Counted from the first letter of the stretch, positions 42,556-56,402 are shown. The stretch is DNA of 64,000 nt from an uncultured Actinomycetes bacterium (GCA_963746995.1 CAVVDF010000002.1:9366-73365), one strand, 5' to 3'. The notes: generated by a model from the sequence alone, not told the origin. Program-made: numbers and translations.

Positions 42556-43308
42556 CTACAGCGGCCCCGAGATGCCGCCGTCCTTGCGGATCCGCCAGAA
42601 GTGCACCGCGATGAACAGCACCGCCACGAACGGCAGCGCGATCACGTGCAGCACGTACCACCGCAACAGCGTGCTCGGCGACACGATCGCCCCGCCCAAC
42701 AGCAGGAAGTTCGCTTGCTTCGCGATGAACGGCGAGTATCCGGCCAGCGAGGTTCCGACCGTGACCGCCCAGATCGCGAGCTGGTCCCACGGCAGTAGGT
42801 AGCCGGTGAAGGACAGCCCGAGTGTGAGGAACAACAGCACGACCCCGACCACCCAGTTGAACTCGCGTGGGGGCTTGTACGCACCCGTGTAGAACACGCG
42901 CGCCATGTGCAGTGTCACCGACAGCACCATCAGGTGCGCGCCCCATCGGTGCAAGTTGCGCATCAGGTCGCCGAAGAACACCGACGTGCGGATGATCTGC
43001 ATATCGGTGTAGGCCTGCGCGCCACCGATGTCGGCCATCGGCCGGTAGAAGAACATCAGGAAGATCCCGGTGATGGTCAGCAGGATGAACAGGAAGAATG
43101 AGATCCCACCGAGGCAGAACGTGTAGGTCAGTTTGAGCCCGTGGCGCTTCACCTTGGTGGGGTGCAGGTGCCACAGCACGTTGTTCATCGTGGCGAGCGC
43201 TCGGTCGCGCGAGGTGTCCTTGTAGCCCTTGCGGTAGATCGAGCCCGGCCGGAAGATCGACTTCCAGACCTCCGATTCCCGCAGGTTCGGCGGTTTCACC
43301 TTCGCCAC
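42556..43308 (-). CDS. Cytochrome b6-like N-terminal subunit
   Basis: TFCLGG, TGIFLMFFY, RNLHRWGAH..HMARVF, FTGYLLPWDQ, LHV...HFWRIRK..ISGPL. Confidence 0.93.
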   Translation of the reverse strand: MAKVKPPNLRESEVWKSIFRPGSIYRKGYKDTSRDRALATMNNVLWHLHPTKVKRHGLKLTYTFCLGGISFFLFILLTITGIFLMFFYRPMADIGGAQAYTDMQIIRTSVFFGDLMRNLHRWGAHLMVLSVTLHMARVFYTGAYKPPREFNWVVGVVLLFLTLGLSFTGYLLPWDQLAIWAVTVGTSLAGYSPFIAKQANFLLLGGAIVSPSTLLRWYVLHVIALPFVAVLFIAVHFWRIRKDGGISGPL

Positions 43309-43335
43309 GTTCCGGTCGTCTCCTCGTTCCGGTCG

Positions 43336-43731
43336 CTAGGCCGACTCGGCCTGCGACGCCGGGACCTCTGCCATCGCGCGCTTGCCGCCCGAACCCTCAG
43401 GCAGTCGCGCATAGTACAGCGTGTCGGTCGGGCACCGCTCGACGCACACCGAACAGCGTGTGCACGCCGTGTCGTCCACGACGAACAAGGCGTTCGCACC
43501 GCGAACCTCGGCCGCGACCGCTTCCTCGCCGCTTTCCTCGACGATGTCGGTCGACATCATCCAGATGCAGTTCCACGGGCAGACGTCCTCGCACGCGCGG
43601 CACAGGATGCAGTTGTCCGGGTCGAGCATCAAGTGCTTCGGCGACTTGACGCCTTGGGTGAGCCACGCCGCATCGACCGTCTCGACGACGTAGTCGTCGT
43701 GGATGTCGACCTCGGTCTTCGTGAAGGGCAT
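43336..43731 (-). CDS. 2x[4Fe-4S] ferredoxin
   Basis: CILCRACEDVCP and CTRCSVCVERCP. Confidence 0.9.
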   Translation of the reverse strand: MPFTKTEVDIHDDYVVETVDAAWLTQGVKSPKHLMLDPDNCILCRACEDVCPWNCIWMMSTDIVEESGEEAVAAEVRGANALFVVDDTACTRCSVCVERCPTDTLYYARLPEGSGGKRAMAEVPASQAESA

Positions 43732-43732
43732 G

Positions 43733-44164
43733 CTACCGATACCCACCGCTCGGGCGCGCGCCGGCGTCGCCGCCGCGGAGCTTCTTGCGCCAGTTCTGCA
43801 TCGAGGTTGAGACCACGATGATCAGGATGAACGGGAGCGTCGTGAGCCCCATCGCGATCGCGTCACGCACCATGATGTAGCCGTAGCTCGACAGCGGATC
43901 GGTGAGACTCGTGCCGAACGGCTGTCGCAGGAACGCCTCAACGTCGGTTGGACCAGCCCAGCCGATCTTCTGCTCGGCGAAGTACATCCAGAACGAGGGC
44001 ATGATCGAGGTCGAGATCAGCATGAAGAAGACGAGCGCGAGCGAGAACAGCACGGCGCTCGTCCAGGTCCACTCGAAGGCCTTGAGGAACGCCTCGGTCG
44101 AGCCCTTCAGGCCGGCCGCGCGCTGTTTCGTTCGTGACTTGGTCGCGACGTCGATCTGGCTCAT
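43733..44164 (-). CDS. Two-TM membrane protein, first gene of the Rieske/cytb operon
   Basis: Intact 143 aa; stop 1 nt before the ferredoxin start. Confidence 0.7.
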   Translation of the reverse strand: MSQIDVATKSRTKQRAAGLKGSTEAFLKAFEWTWTSAVLFSLALVFFMLISTSIMPSFWMYFAEQKIGWAGPTDVEAFLRQPFGTSLTDPLSSYGYIMVRDAIAMGLTTLPFILIIVVSTSMQNWRKKLRGGDAGARPSGGYR

Positions 44165-44372
44165 CCGCTCATCCGTTCCTCGGCGGGGCGAATCATAGCA
44201 ATCCGCTTGTCGGCTTCCGCGTACGGACGCGGGGGGATGTGCCGTCCGGCGCGCACACTATGACGGTCGTGGGGGCGGCGAGACAACCCCTGCAGGTGAG
44301 GGCACGTGGGGCTCTCCGCCCGCGCAGCGCAGCTCCCTACACTGGTCGACGCCCGACCCTGCGAGGAGCCCG

Positions 44373-45101
44373 ATGATCGCCGATGCGAGCAGTCAACTGT
44401 CCCAGTGGTGGGGCCCGGCGTTGGCGTTCCTCGCAGGGCTGGTCTCGTTCGCGAGTCCGTGCGTCCTGCCGCTCGTGCCGGGATACCTCTCCTTCGTGCT
44501 CGGAGAGCACGCCGTCGACGAACCCGAACGCCGGACCGACGTGTGGCCGATCCTGTTGTTCATCGCTGGGTTCACCCTCGTGTTCGTCCTGCTCGGGGCG
44601 TTCGCGCACGAGGTCGTCCGTCTGCTGAAAGGGCACGTGGGCCAGTTGATCGCCGGGGGCATCGTGATCGCGCTCGGGGCATTGATGATCGCCTACGGAC
44701 TCGGGCGGGGTTCGATCGCGCTGTACGAGGACCGGCGTCCCTTCCTGCGGAGGGTCAAGCCTGGCGTGGTGGGCGCGTTCCCGCTGGGGATGGCGTTCGC
44801 CGCCGGATGGACGCCGTGCATCGGCCCGGTGCTCGGGGCGATCCTGCTGATCGCCGCGTCGGGATCGGCTGGCCGCGGCGCGTTCCTGATGATGTGCTAC
44901 TCGTTGGGGCTGGGCGTGCCATTCCTCATGATCGGCCTTGGGGCGCAGTGGCTCACGGGCACGGTTGCGTGGCTCCGACGCCACTACGAGGCGATCGCCG
45001 TGGTGTCCGGCGGCGTCCTGGTCGTCGTGGGGTGGCTGATCGCGACCGGCCGATTCACGCGGTTGATCGCGCCGCTCACCCGCTACGCACCGGGCCTGTG
45101 A
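44373..45101 (+). CDS. ccdA: Cytochrome c biogenesis protein CcdA
   Basis: [14 protein letters not shown] and [12 protein letters not shown]. Confidence 0.92.
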   Translation: MIADASSQLSQWWGPALAFLAGLVSFASPCVLPLVPGYLSFVLGEHAVDEPERRTDVWPILLFIAGFTLVFVLLGAFAHEVVRLLKGHVGQLIAGGIVIALGALMIAYGLGRGSIALYEDRRPFLRRVKPGVVGAFPLGMAFAAGWTPCIGPVLGAILLIAASGSAGRGAFLMMCYSLGLGVPFLMIGLGAQWLTGTVAWLRRHYEAIAVVSGGVLVVVGWLIATGRFTRLIAPLTRYAPGL

Positions 45102-45140
45102 GCCTGCTCGACTCGGCCCGCCTGTAGCATCGGGTCGCCG

Positions 45141-46780
45141 ATGTCCCCTCCCGACGGCTCTCGCCCTCCGGCGTCCTCGTGGCGGCGCTCGACGGCGCTC
45201 GTGTGGCGCTCGTTGCGGTCGATGCGGACAGCGATCGTGTTGCTCCTGCTGCTCGCCGCGGCCTCGGTCGTCGGGTCGCTGCTGCCGCAGATCCCGAACA
45301 GCCCTCGCCGTGTGCAGGCGTATCAGATCGATCATCCGCTTCTGGGGCGGCGCGTTCCGGGCGATCGGCGCGTTCGACGTTTTCGGCTCGTGGTGGTTCG
45401 CGCTGATCACCGCGTTGCTCGTGATCTCGCTGGTCGCCTGTTTGCTCCCGCGGTCGCGCGCGTTGTGGCGTGCGGCCCGGGCCCGCCCGATCCAGGCGCG
45501 CGAGTTGGACTCGTTCCCCGGGTTCGCCGAGCTGTCGAGTCCAGTCCGAGCCCTCGGAGGCGATCGCGGCTGCCCGACGTACCCTGCGGCGCAAGCGCTT
45601 CCGTGTCGAGCTGGCGCCCGACGGCACGGGCGTGGCCGCCGAGAAGGGGTCGCTGCGCGAACTCGGCAGCCTGGCGTTCCACTGGGCGTTCCTGCTGCTG
45701 CTCGCCGCGGTGATCGTCGGCAAGGGCACCGGGTACGTCGGTCATGCGACCGTCGTGGAAGGCACCACCTGGACCGACGCCCGGCTCAACTACGACGGTG
45801 ATGTGCGGACGGGACGATTCTTCGGTGGGGAGTTCTCGGGGACGTCGATCACGCTGCTCGACTACCAGGACGCGTTCCGGGAAACAGGCGTCCCGATGGA
45901 CTTCCATTCCGACGTGCACCTGTCGACCGCGGACGGCTCGGCGACCGCCGATGCGACGGTGCGCGTGAACCACCCCGTGGTCTTCAACGGGATCCGCATC
46001 TACCAATTCGGGTTCGGGTGGGCGGCGATGGTCAGGATCGAGCAGGGCGGCCGCGTGCTCTTCGACGGGCCGGTCGTGATGGGCCAGGAGACGCCTCCGG
46101 GTGCCAACCCGCTCGCGCAGCCGTGGGCCGGCGTCGTCAAGCTGTCGACGCTGCGGCCGCAGGTGGCGATCGTGCTCGAGCTGTTCCCCAGCCTCGAGGC
46201 ATACGTACGGTCGCTGACGACCGGTGTGCCGCAGCCGATGACCGATGCCAGCGCGCCGTTCCTGAGCTATCAGCTGTGGGAAGGGCGGATCGTCGACAAC
46301 TCGCTCTCGGGCGTGGACGAGCGCTACATGCACCAAACCGCCTCGGGCGGTGTCGGCCAGGGGTGGACGGTCGATGTGCGGCGAGGGTGCGTGGTCGGCG
46401 GGCTCGACGAGAACCTGCCGAAGCAACTCGCGGGCATCGCCTGTCCCGACGGCGGCGGCCCGGGCTCGCTCACTCTCGCGTTCCCAGCCCTTCGCCAATA
46501 CTCCGTCCTGCAGGTGTCCCACGACGCGACCGTCGGCTGGGTGCTTGCGGCGGCTATCCTCATCGTTCTGGGGTTGCTGCCCGCGCTGTACGTCTCGCGG
46601 CGAAAGGTCTGGGTCCGCGCGCGGCCCGGGAGCGCTGGCGGCACCGATCTCCAGGTGGGAGGGTTCGCGTTGCAGCGCCAAGACCGGTTCGACGAAGAGT
46701 TCGCGGCGCTGGTCGACGCGATCGAGCGGGCCGCGGGAGGCGCCCGCGACGACGCCCGCGAGGAGGTGACATCGCCGTGA
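45141..46780 (+). CDS. resB: Cytochrome c biogenesis protein ResB
   Basis: LRSMRTAIVLLLLLA..SVVGSLLPQ, FDVFGSWWF, GSLAFH, VNHP, RRKVWVR. Confidence 0.88.
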
Positions 46781-47745
46781 GCACCGCCGATCTGGCGCGC
46801 CTGTCCTCAGACTGTTCAACGTGGCGCTGTTCGCCTACATCGCGGCGATGGTGGTGTCGTTCGCGTACCTCGCGTTCCGTCGGGACGGGATGCACACCGC
46901 CGCCACCGTGTCGGCGTCGTCGGCCTCGTGGCCAACGCGGTGTCGATCGTGACCGCGGGGACTCGCGGCCAGAGCGAACGCCCTGGGGCAACATGTACGA
47001 GTACTCGTCGCTGCTGACGTTCCTGATGGTGCTCGGGTACCTGTGGATCGTGGAGTGGCGCGCCAAGGTGCGGACCGTCGGCGGGTTCGTCTATGGCCTC
47101 GCCGTGCTCACGATGGCGATGGCGGTGTCCTTCTTCTACGTCGGACCGACGGCACTGATGCCGGCGCTCAACTCGTATTGGCGGCAGATCCACGTGACCT
47201 CGATGATCGTGGCGTCGTCGCTGCTCGGGATCGGGTGCCTGTTCACCGATCGTGTACCTCGTCAAGCAGTGGTCGGAGCGGCGCGGCGCTCGCGTCGCTC
47301 GCGCGCCCAGGAGCCGCCGCCGATCATGGGCGGGTCGGTCGACGCGGATCCATCGGCACCGCCGGACTACGTCGCGGGCGGCCGACGAGCCGGTCGGGGA
47401 ACGCCGAGCCGAGCGGACGCCGGATCGCGTCTGCCGCCCTCGGCCACACTGGACGCGCTCGCGTACCGCTTCATCCGGTTCGGGTTCCCCGTGTGGACCT
47501 TCGGCGTGATCTGCGGCGCGATCTGGGCCCAGCAGACCTGGGGTCGCTACTGGGGGTGGGACCCGAAGGAGACGTGGTCGTTCATCACCTGGGTGATCTT
47601 CGCCGGGTACCTGCACGCGCGCGCGACCGCGGGGTGGAAGGGCACGCGCGCGGCGGTCGTCGCCCTCATCGGATTCGTCTCGCTGCTCATCACGTACTAC
47701 GCCGTGAACCTCTGGATCGCCGGACTGCACACGTACGCGACATGA
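46777..47745 (+). CDS. ccsA: Cytochrome c biogenesis heme-handling protein (CcsA/ResC)
   Basis: PWGNMYE, PALNSYW..IHV, WGRYWGWDPKETW, GLHTYA. Confidence 0.92.
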   Translation: MSTADLARLSSDCSTWRCSPTSRRWWCRSRTSRSVGTGCTPPPPCRRRRPRGQRGVDRDRGDSRPERTPWGNMYEYSSLLTFLMVLGYLWIVEWRAKVRTVGGFVYGLAVLTMAMAVSFFYVGPTALMPALNSYWRQIHVTSMIVASSLLGIGCLFTDRVPRQAVVGAARRSRRSRAQEPPPIMGGSVDADPSAPPDYVAGGRRAGRGTPSRADAGSRLPPSATLDALAYRFIRFGFPVWTFGVICGAIWAQQTWGRYWGWDPKETWSFITWVIFAGYLHARATAGWKGTRAAVVALIGFVSLLITYYAVNLWIAGLHTYAT

Positions 47746-47836
47746 TCCGGGGGAACGTGTCCGGGACGTTTCCGGCACCCTCGTGGACGGTGGTACAGTC
47801 ACGCGCGTTCGCGCCCCGCGGCGCGGCGATCGACCG

Positions 47837-48975
47837 ATGAGGGGCAACGTGCGCAAGAAGATGCTGTGGGTCGGCGGGCTGCTGCTGGCCACGCTCCTGC
47901 TCGCCGCATGCCGTTCGGATCTGCCCCAGAACACCTTCGACCCCGCCGGGCCCGACGGCGCAGTCCGAGAAGGACGTCTTGATGGTGCCGCTCGCCATCG
48001 CGGGGCTGATCTTCCTGTTCGTCGAGGGCGGGATCGTCTACCTCGCCGTCAAGTTCCGGCACCGCAAGGGCAAGGAGCGGATGCCCAAGCAGCTGCACGG
48101 CAACACGCGCCTCGAGATCGGCTGGACGATCGTGCCGGCCGTCTTGCTGGCGATCGTCGATCGTGCCGGCTATTTCGCTGATCTGGAAGCTCGACCGCAT
48201 CCCGCCGGACTCGATGCAGATCAAGGTGCAGGGCTATCAGTGGTGGTGGGGGTTCCAGTACCTGGACGAGGGCATGCAGGTGGACTACGGCGACCGAGGT
48301 CCGATCACCGTCGCCGACGTGCTGGTGATCCCGACGAATACGACGATCAACCTGCAGCTCGCGTCGGAGGGCGGCGGCGCGCACGACGACGAGGGCAACC
48401 CCGATCACATGGTGATCCACTCGTTCTGGGCGCCGCGCTTGTTCGGCAAGCAGGACGTCGTGCCGGGTCTCGAGGCCAGGACAACCACATCGTGTTCTCG
48501 GCCTGGGAGCCGGGCACCTACTTCGGGCAATGCGCGGAGTTCTGCGGCCTGCAGCACGGCCTGATGAAGTTCCGGATCCTCGCGCTCGATCCGACCGACT
48601 GGCAGGCGTGGGTGGCGAGCCACAAGCAGCCGGCGGCGACCCCGACCGACGCCGCTCGCGAAACAGGGGATGGATCTGTTCCTCGGGGACCAACGGCGAG
48701 GGCGGCGGTGCATCGCGTGCCACGCGGTCGGCGGCAACCGACGCCGCGGCGACCGCCGGCGCCGAACCTGACGCAGTTCGCCGACGCCCTCGCACCAGTG
48801 CTTCGCCGGCTGCGACTTCGAGACGTTCAACTCCGACGGAACGCCGAACGTCGACGCGCTGTCTGCGTGGTTACGCGACCCGAACGCCGTGAAGATGGGC
48901 GCGAAGATGCCCAACTACCATCTGACCGACGAGCAGATCGATGCGCTCGTCGCCTACCTGTACACCCTGACGTAG
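47837..48975 (+). CDS. ctaC: Cytochrome c oxidase subunit II with fused cytochrome c (caa3-type)
   Basis: Lipobox LAAC, HGNTRLEIGWT, GYQWWW, VIHSFW, GQCAEFCGLQHGLM (CuA), CIACH and KMPNY. Confidence 0.9.
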
Positions 48976-48991
48976 GAGCGTGAGCGAACCG

Positions 48992-50871
<1,880 letters not shown>

Positions 50872-50873
50872 CG

Positions 50874-51489
50874 ATGGCCGACGCGACCAACGAGCTCGTG
50901 CACGCCGAGCACGAGACGTCGACCGGGCTCCGGTCGACGAAGCTCGCGATGTGGCTGTTCCTCGCGTCGGAGTGCATGCTCTTCGGCGGGCTGATCACGC
51001 GCGTACGTCCTCTACCGGGGCGCGAGCCTCAAGGCGCCGTATCCGCGAAGACGTCTTCGACATCGGCTACACGTCGGTGTCGTCGTTCGTCCTGCTCGCG
51101 AGCTCGCTGACGATGGTGCTCGCCCACAACGCGGCGCTCGACAGCGACTATCCCGCGGATGCGGCTGTGGCTGCTCGGCACCGCGATGCTGGGCCTGACC
51201 TTCGTCGGCGGCCAGGTGTTCGAGTTCACGACCTTCTACCGCGAGGGCCTGTCGCTCACGACGAACCTGTTCGGCACGACGTTCTACGTGCTGACCGGGT
51301 TCCACGGCGTCCACGTCACCGTCGGCATCCTGATGCTGCTGATCCTGGTGGTGATGTCGTGGCGCGGCTCGCTCTCGGACGAACCGGCGTTCCCCGTCGA
51401 GATGGTCGGGCTGTACTGGCACTTCGTCGACATCGTCTGGATCGTGATCTTCACGGTCGTCTACCTGATCCCGACGCCCGCAGAAGTGA
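50874..51489 (+). CDS. ctaE: Cytochrome c oxidase subunit III
   Basis: [33 protein letters not shown]. Confidence 0.92.
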
Positions 51490-51497
51490 GGTGCGGG

Positions 51498-51843
51498 ATG
51501 GCGACCGAGCGAGCACGGACGAGCGCCCGCAGCGCTGCCCGGCCCGTGCACCACGCGAGTACCACCCCTCGAGCGCAGGGAGTACGTCCGGGTCGGGCTG
51601 ATCCTCGTCGCGCTTCACGTGCCTCGAGGTGTGGCTGAGCTACTCGTCGCTCGCGGGCGCGAAGCTGGTCGGCGCGCTGCTTCGTCGTGCACGCTGATCA
51701 AGTTCGTCGATGGTGGTCGGTGCTTCATGCATCTGAAGTTCGACAACGGGCGGTTCTCGCGGATGTTCGCGCTCGGGTGCGATCGGCGCGTTCACGCTGT
51801 ACGTGGTCGTGCTGCTCATCTTCGGGGTCGTGGGGGACGCTGA
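51498..51843 (+). CDS. Cytochrome c oxidase subunit IV family
   Basis: EYVRVGLIL..T.LEV, IKF..V...FMHLKFD; follows subunit III; heavily indel-ridden. Confidence 0.75.
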
Positions 51844-51845
51844 GC

Positions 51846-52683
51846 GTGCCCGCGCTGGCATCCGCACGTCGACGTGCTGGCTGATCCTCGGATCGGTCGT
51901 CGCGGTCTATCTGATCTGGGGCCGCCGGCACGAGCGCGAGACGGGCGAGGCGACGTCGTCGCACCACCGGCGGCTGTTCCTGTCGGGGATGGCGCGTGCT
52001 GTTCGCCGGCCGCGGTCTGGCCGCTGCACGATCTGGCCGAGCGCACCTGGTACACGGCGCACATGGTGCAGCACATGGTCTACACGCTGGTCGCCGCGCC
52101 GCTGCTGGTCGTCGGGCATGCCCGCGTGGATGTGGCGGGCGGTGCTTCGGACCGACTGGGCTGCGCCGCGATGTGGCGGTCGCTCACCCGGCCGGTGGTG
52201 GCGCTGGTGCGTCTCGAACGCCGTGCTGCTGTTCACGCATTGGCCGGCGGTGGTCGAGCCGTCGGTGCGGTCCGAGCCGCTGCACTTCGTCGCTGCATCC
52301 TGCTGCTGGTCGCGTCGGCCCTGATCATGTGGTGGCCGGTGTTCTCGCCGCTGCCGGAGCTGCCCCCGATCGTCGCCGCCCGGCCAGATGCTCTACCTGT
52401 TCGCGCAGTCGCTCGCGCCGACGATCCCGGCGTCGTTCCTGACCTTCGGGCATCAGCCGCTGTACCAGATCTACGAGACGTTCCCGCGGGTGCTCGGGCA
52501 TCTCGGCGCTCACCGACCAGCTGATCGCAGGGCTGCTGATGAAGATCGTCGGCGGGCTGATCCTGTGGGGCTTCATCGCGGTGATCTTCTTCCGGTGGGC
52601 GCGTCGGGAGCAGGAGCGAGGGCTGGGACGCGCTCGCGTTGCGTGACGTCGAGGCGGAGGTGCGCACGGAGGTGCCGCGGTGA
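51846..52683 (+). CDS. ctaG: caa3 assembly factor CtaG family
   Basis: WPLHDLAE, AHMVQHM...APLL, MWWPVFSP, DQLIAGLLMK. Confidence 0.82.
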
Positions 52684-54019
52684 GCGACGAGCACCGTCCA
52701 GACGGGCCGGCGCCGCGAGGAGCCTGTGGCCCCGGTCGCGATCCCGTCGGGTTGCTCGCTCGGGATCGGCCTCGTGCTGTTCACGTTCTCGCGCGTGCTG
52801 CTGCAGCGTGGAGCCTCGCGTGGCGACGGCGACGGCGCTGTTGGTCGCCGCCGCGATCGTGGCGATCGTCTCGTACGCTCGCCTCGCGCAAGCGGGTGAC
52901 GAACGGGTCGGTGTTCACGATGGTCGTCGGGGTCGTCGGGGTCGCGATGTTGCTCTCGGGCGTCGCGCTGCTGGTCGGGCAAGGCGGCGAGGAGACCGGC
53001 CCCACCGCCGTCCCGATCGCGCATCGCCGCGCCCAAGGGCGCGGCCGTCGAGCGGGTTCGACGAGACGCGCTTGAGCGCGCCGGCGGATACCGCCTTCAC
53101 GATCGCCTTCGACAACCAGGACCCGGCCGTGCAGCACAACGTCGTGATCGCGTCGGCCGATCCGGCGAAGGATCCGGCCGCGCAAGACGCTGTTCGACGG
53201 CGACCTGGTCACGGGGCCGCAGCGAGTTCGACTACGCGGTGCACGCCGCTGCCGGAGGGCGACATACTACTTCTACTGCAAGATCCACCCCACCACGATG
53301 AACGGCACGTTGACGGTGGCGCCGGGGGCCGCCGCCGGGCGCGAGGTGGCGGAGCACCGATCCGGCCGTCGAACGTCGCGTTCGACACGGACGTGCTGAC
53401 GTTCCCGCCGAACGCGCCCGACGACCCTGCACTTCCAGAACAACGACGGGGGCGTGAGCGCACAACGTCGCGATCTACACCGACGCGTCGGCGTCGAAGC
53501 CGATGTTCCAGGGCGAGATCATCACCGGCGTCGCGACGGTCGAGTACGAGATCCCCGCGATCCCCGCCGGGCACGTACTTCTTCCGCTGCGACGTCCACC
53601 CGACCATGAACGGCACGGTGAACGTGGGTCCTGGAGGCGGCCAGGGCGGAGGCGCACCGATCGCCGCCGCCGATCGCGGCGGCGGCACGAGCGCCGCACC
53701 GCCGCCACGTCGGCGGCGCCACCGCCCGTGCGGGGGTCGACCCTGGTCGCGCAGGGCCTGGCGTTCGATCCGACCGAGCTGTCGCTGCCGGCGGGCCAGC
53801 CGGGCACGATCACGTTCGACAACGAGGACGCGGGCACGCCGCACGACTTGGCCATCTGTACGGACGACTCGTACATCGAGCGATCCGTTGTTCACCGGCG
53901 ACGTGGTGACGGGGGTCGCGAGCGCGTGACTACGCCGTGCCGGCGCTCGAACCCGGGACCTACGCGTTCCGTTGCGACATCCATCACGACGATGACCGGC
54001 ACCGATCACGGTCGGCTGA
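52680..54019 (+). CDS. Membrane protein with three cupredoxin (blue-copper-type) domains
   Basis: Three TMs, then HNVVI...FYCKIHPTTMNG, HNVAI...FRCDVHPTMNG, and HDLAI...FRCDIH.TMTG. Confidence 0.8.
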
Positions 54020-54058
54020 CGGCGCTCATTCGGTCGCTCGCTCGGTAGCGTGGGTGGG

Positions 54059-54625
54059 ATGCGTCGCTGTCTCCTGCTGTCCCTCTTGCGGTGCTCGCCG
54101 CTCGCGTGCACGCGCGGCCCGAGGCCACGACTCGACCGGGGCGGCGATGCGCCCGGTCGACGAGCAGCTGCCCGCGATGCAGCGGGATGGACCTGGACGG
54201 TACGCCGCATCAGCAGCGACGACTACGGCGGGCACGTGCTGGTCATCAACGCCTGGGCGACCTGGTGCGCCGTCCTGTGCGGAGGAGCAGCCCGACCTCG
54301 TCGCCGTGGCGAAGCGCTACGAGGACCGGGGCGTGCGGTTCCTCGGGATCAACCACATGGACCAGACGGCCGCGGCGACGGAGTGGGTGCGGCACTACGG
54401 CGTGCCCTACCCGAGCATCGCCGATCCGTCGGGCAAGTTCGCGACCGACCTCGACTACTTCGGGCTGCCCGACACGTACGTGGTCGACCCGACGGGCACG
54501 ATCCGGTACGCGATCGGGACCGGGTGCCGGTGACGGCGGCGCAGCTGCTCGCAGGCGATCGACGAGGTGCTCGCGTCTCAGACGAGCGCGTCGAGCGCGA
54601 CGGCCGCGAACAGCCCGCCAAGTAG
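54059..54625 (+). CDS. TlpA/ResA-like thiol-disulfide oxidoreductase (end approximate)
   Basis: [30 protein letters not shown]; the CXXC is obscured by an indel. Confidence 0.85.
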   Translation: MRRCLLLSLLRCSPLACTRGPRPRLDRGGDAPGRRAAARDAAGWTWTVRRISSDDYGGHVLVINAWATWCAVLCGGAARPRRRGEALRGPGRAVPRDQPHGPDGRGDGVGAALRRALPEHRRSVGQVRDRPRLLRAARHVRGRPDGHDPVRDRDRVPVTAAQLLAGDRRGARVSDERVERDGREQPAK

Positions 54626-56402
54626 AGCATCGAGAACTTGAACACGCGCCAGGAGCGGTCGTCGGCTCGGCGAACGCCACAGCGCAAGCACCGGTAGACG
54701 AACGCGCCCGCCGAGGCCCACCGCCGTCGCGATGTAGATCGGGCCCATCGACGCGACCGGGACGAGCAGCAGCGTCACGCCGAACAAGGACCAGCGAGTA
54801 CAGGAAGATCTGGCGTCGCGTCTCGGCTTCGCCCCGCACGACCGGCATCATCGGGACGCCGGCCGCCGCGTAGTCGTCACGCATCCGCAGCGCCGAGCGC
54901 CCAGAAGTGCGGCGGCGTCCAGACGAAGACCACCGCGAACAGCACGATCGGCCGGCACGCGCGAGCGAGCCGGTGACCGCGGCCCACCCGACCAGCACGG
55001 GCACGGCGCCCGCCGCGCCGCCGATCACGATGTTCTGGTCGGTCGATGCGCTTCAGCCACATCGTGTAGACGAAGACGTAGAACGCGATCGCCGACAGGG
55101 CGAGCGCCGCCGCGAGCACGTTCACCGTGATCGCGAGAAGCGCATACGCGACGGCGGCCAGCGACGAAGCCGAATCGGAGCGCCGCTCGGGCTCGATCCG
55201 CGTGCTTGGGGAGCGGGCGCTGGCGCGTGCGCTTCATCACCTCGTCGATATCGCGATCGAGGTACATGTTCATCGCGTTGGCCGACCCGGCGGCGAGCGT
55301 GCCGCCGACCAGGGTGGCGAGGATCAGCCACGATCGGCGGGACCGTGCCGCGCCGCGAGGAACATCGCCGGCACGGTGATGATCAGCAGCAGCACGATGA
55401 TGCGCGGCTTGGTGAGCGCGACGTAGGCCGGACCGTGTCGCCGAGAGGCCGGTCGGCCACGGCGGCGCGTCGTCGAGCTCGCCGCTCGTCGACTCGGGGC
55501 CGATCGGCGCCGGCTCGCTGATCGCGCGACGACGGCGAGCGCGACGACCGTGGCCCAGATCAGCGCGGAGAGTCCCGACGTGCGCCGCGCGCGCCCAGGT
55601 CGCGAGCTCGCGTGAGGACGTTTGCTCCGCCGACGAGGATCTGCGCCACGAGCAGCACAACGGCGGCCGTGGCGAGCTGCACGAGCCGCGGCGACCGCGG
55701 CCGCATCGTGCGGGCACGCACGAGACACCACGACGAACAGGGCGACCACGACGATCGCGAGCAGCCGGTGCGCGAACATCGCGCGTGCCGCCGGGCAGCG
55801 CGAGAGGTCCGGGACGATCGTGTCGCCCATCAGCGGCCACTCGCGGAAGGCGAGCCCTGCTCCCTCGGCGCGCACGTACGTCCCGACCAGCAGCAGCAGG
55901 TAGGTGGCGGCGGTCGTCCACGCGGTGAGCCGCGCGTATCCCAGCGTTCCCGGGCACGCCGGTCGAGCGGCATCGACGGCGATCGCGACCGCAAGCCCGA
56001 GCACGAGGAAGGCGACGGCGAAGTGGACGTCACGACCCCGGGATCCTCGCTCCGAGGCGATGATCCAGCCGCCGATCGCCGCCTGCGCGAGGAAGAGCGG
56101 CAAGAGCACGACGGAGCCGATCGCCGCGCTCCGGTCGACGTCGCCGTGCCGAAGCAGGGACCACGCGCCGGTGCGCCGAGGGTGAGCGTCGAACACCCGG
56201 CGAGGAGCGCGAGGAACCGGTGCGTGTACTCGATCAGGGTGTGGTAGCTGGCTCGGCGGGATCCACGACCCGAAGCAGGTGCGGCCAGTCCGGGCACCCG
56301 TCGCCGGAACCGGTGGCACGTACGACGCCGCCCCACGGCGATCAGGAGCACGGTGAGGACGACCGTGGTCGTGCGCGAGCGGTGCGGAACGCGTCGGGTC
56401 AT
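54578..56402 (-). CDS. ctaB: Heme A synthase (CtaA/COX15) plus protoheme IX farnesyltransferase (CtaB), apparent fusion
   Basis: N-part GDGCPDW..CFG and IEYTHR; C-part [45 protein letters not shown]. Confidence 0.85.
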
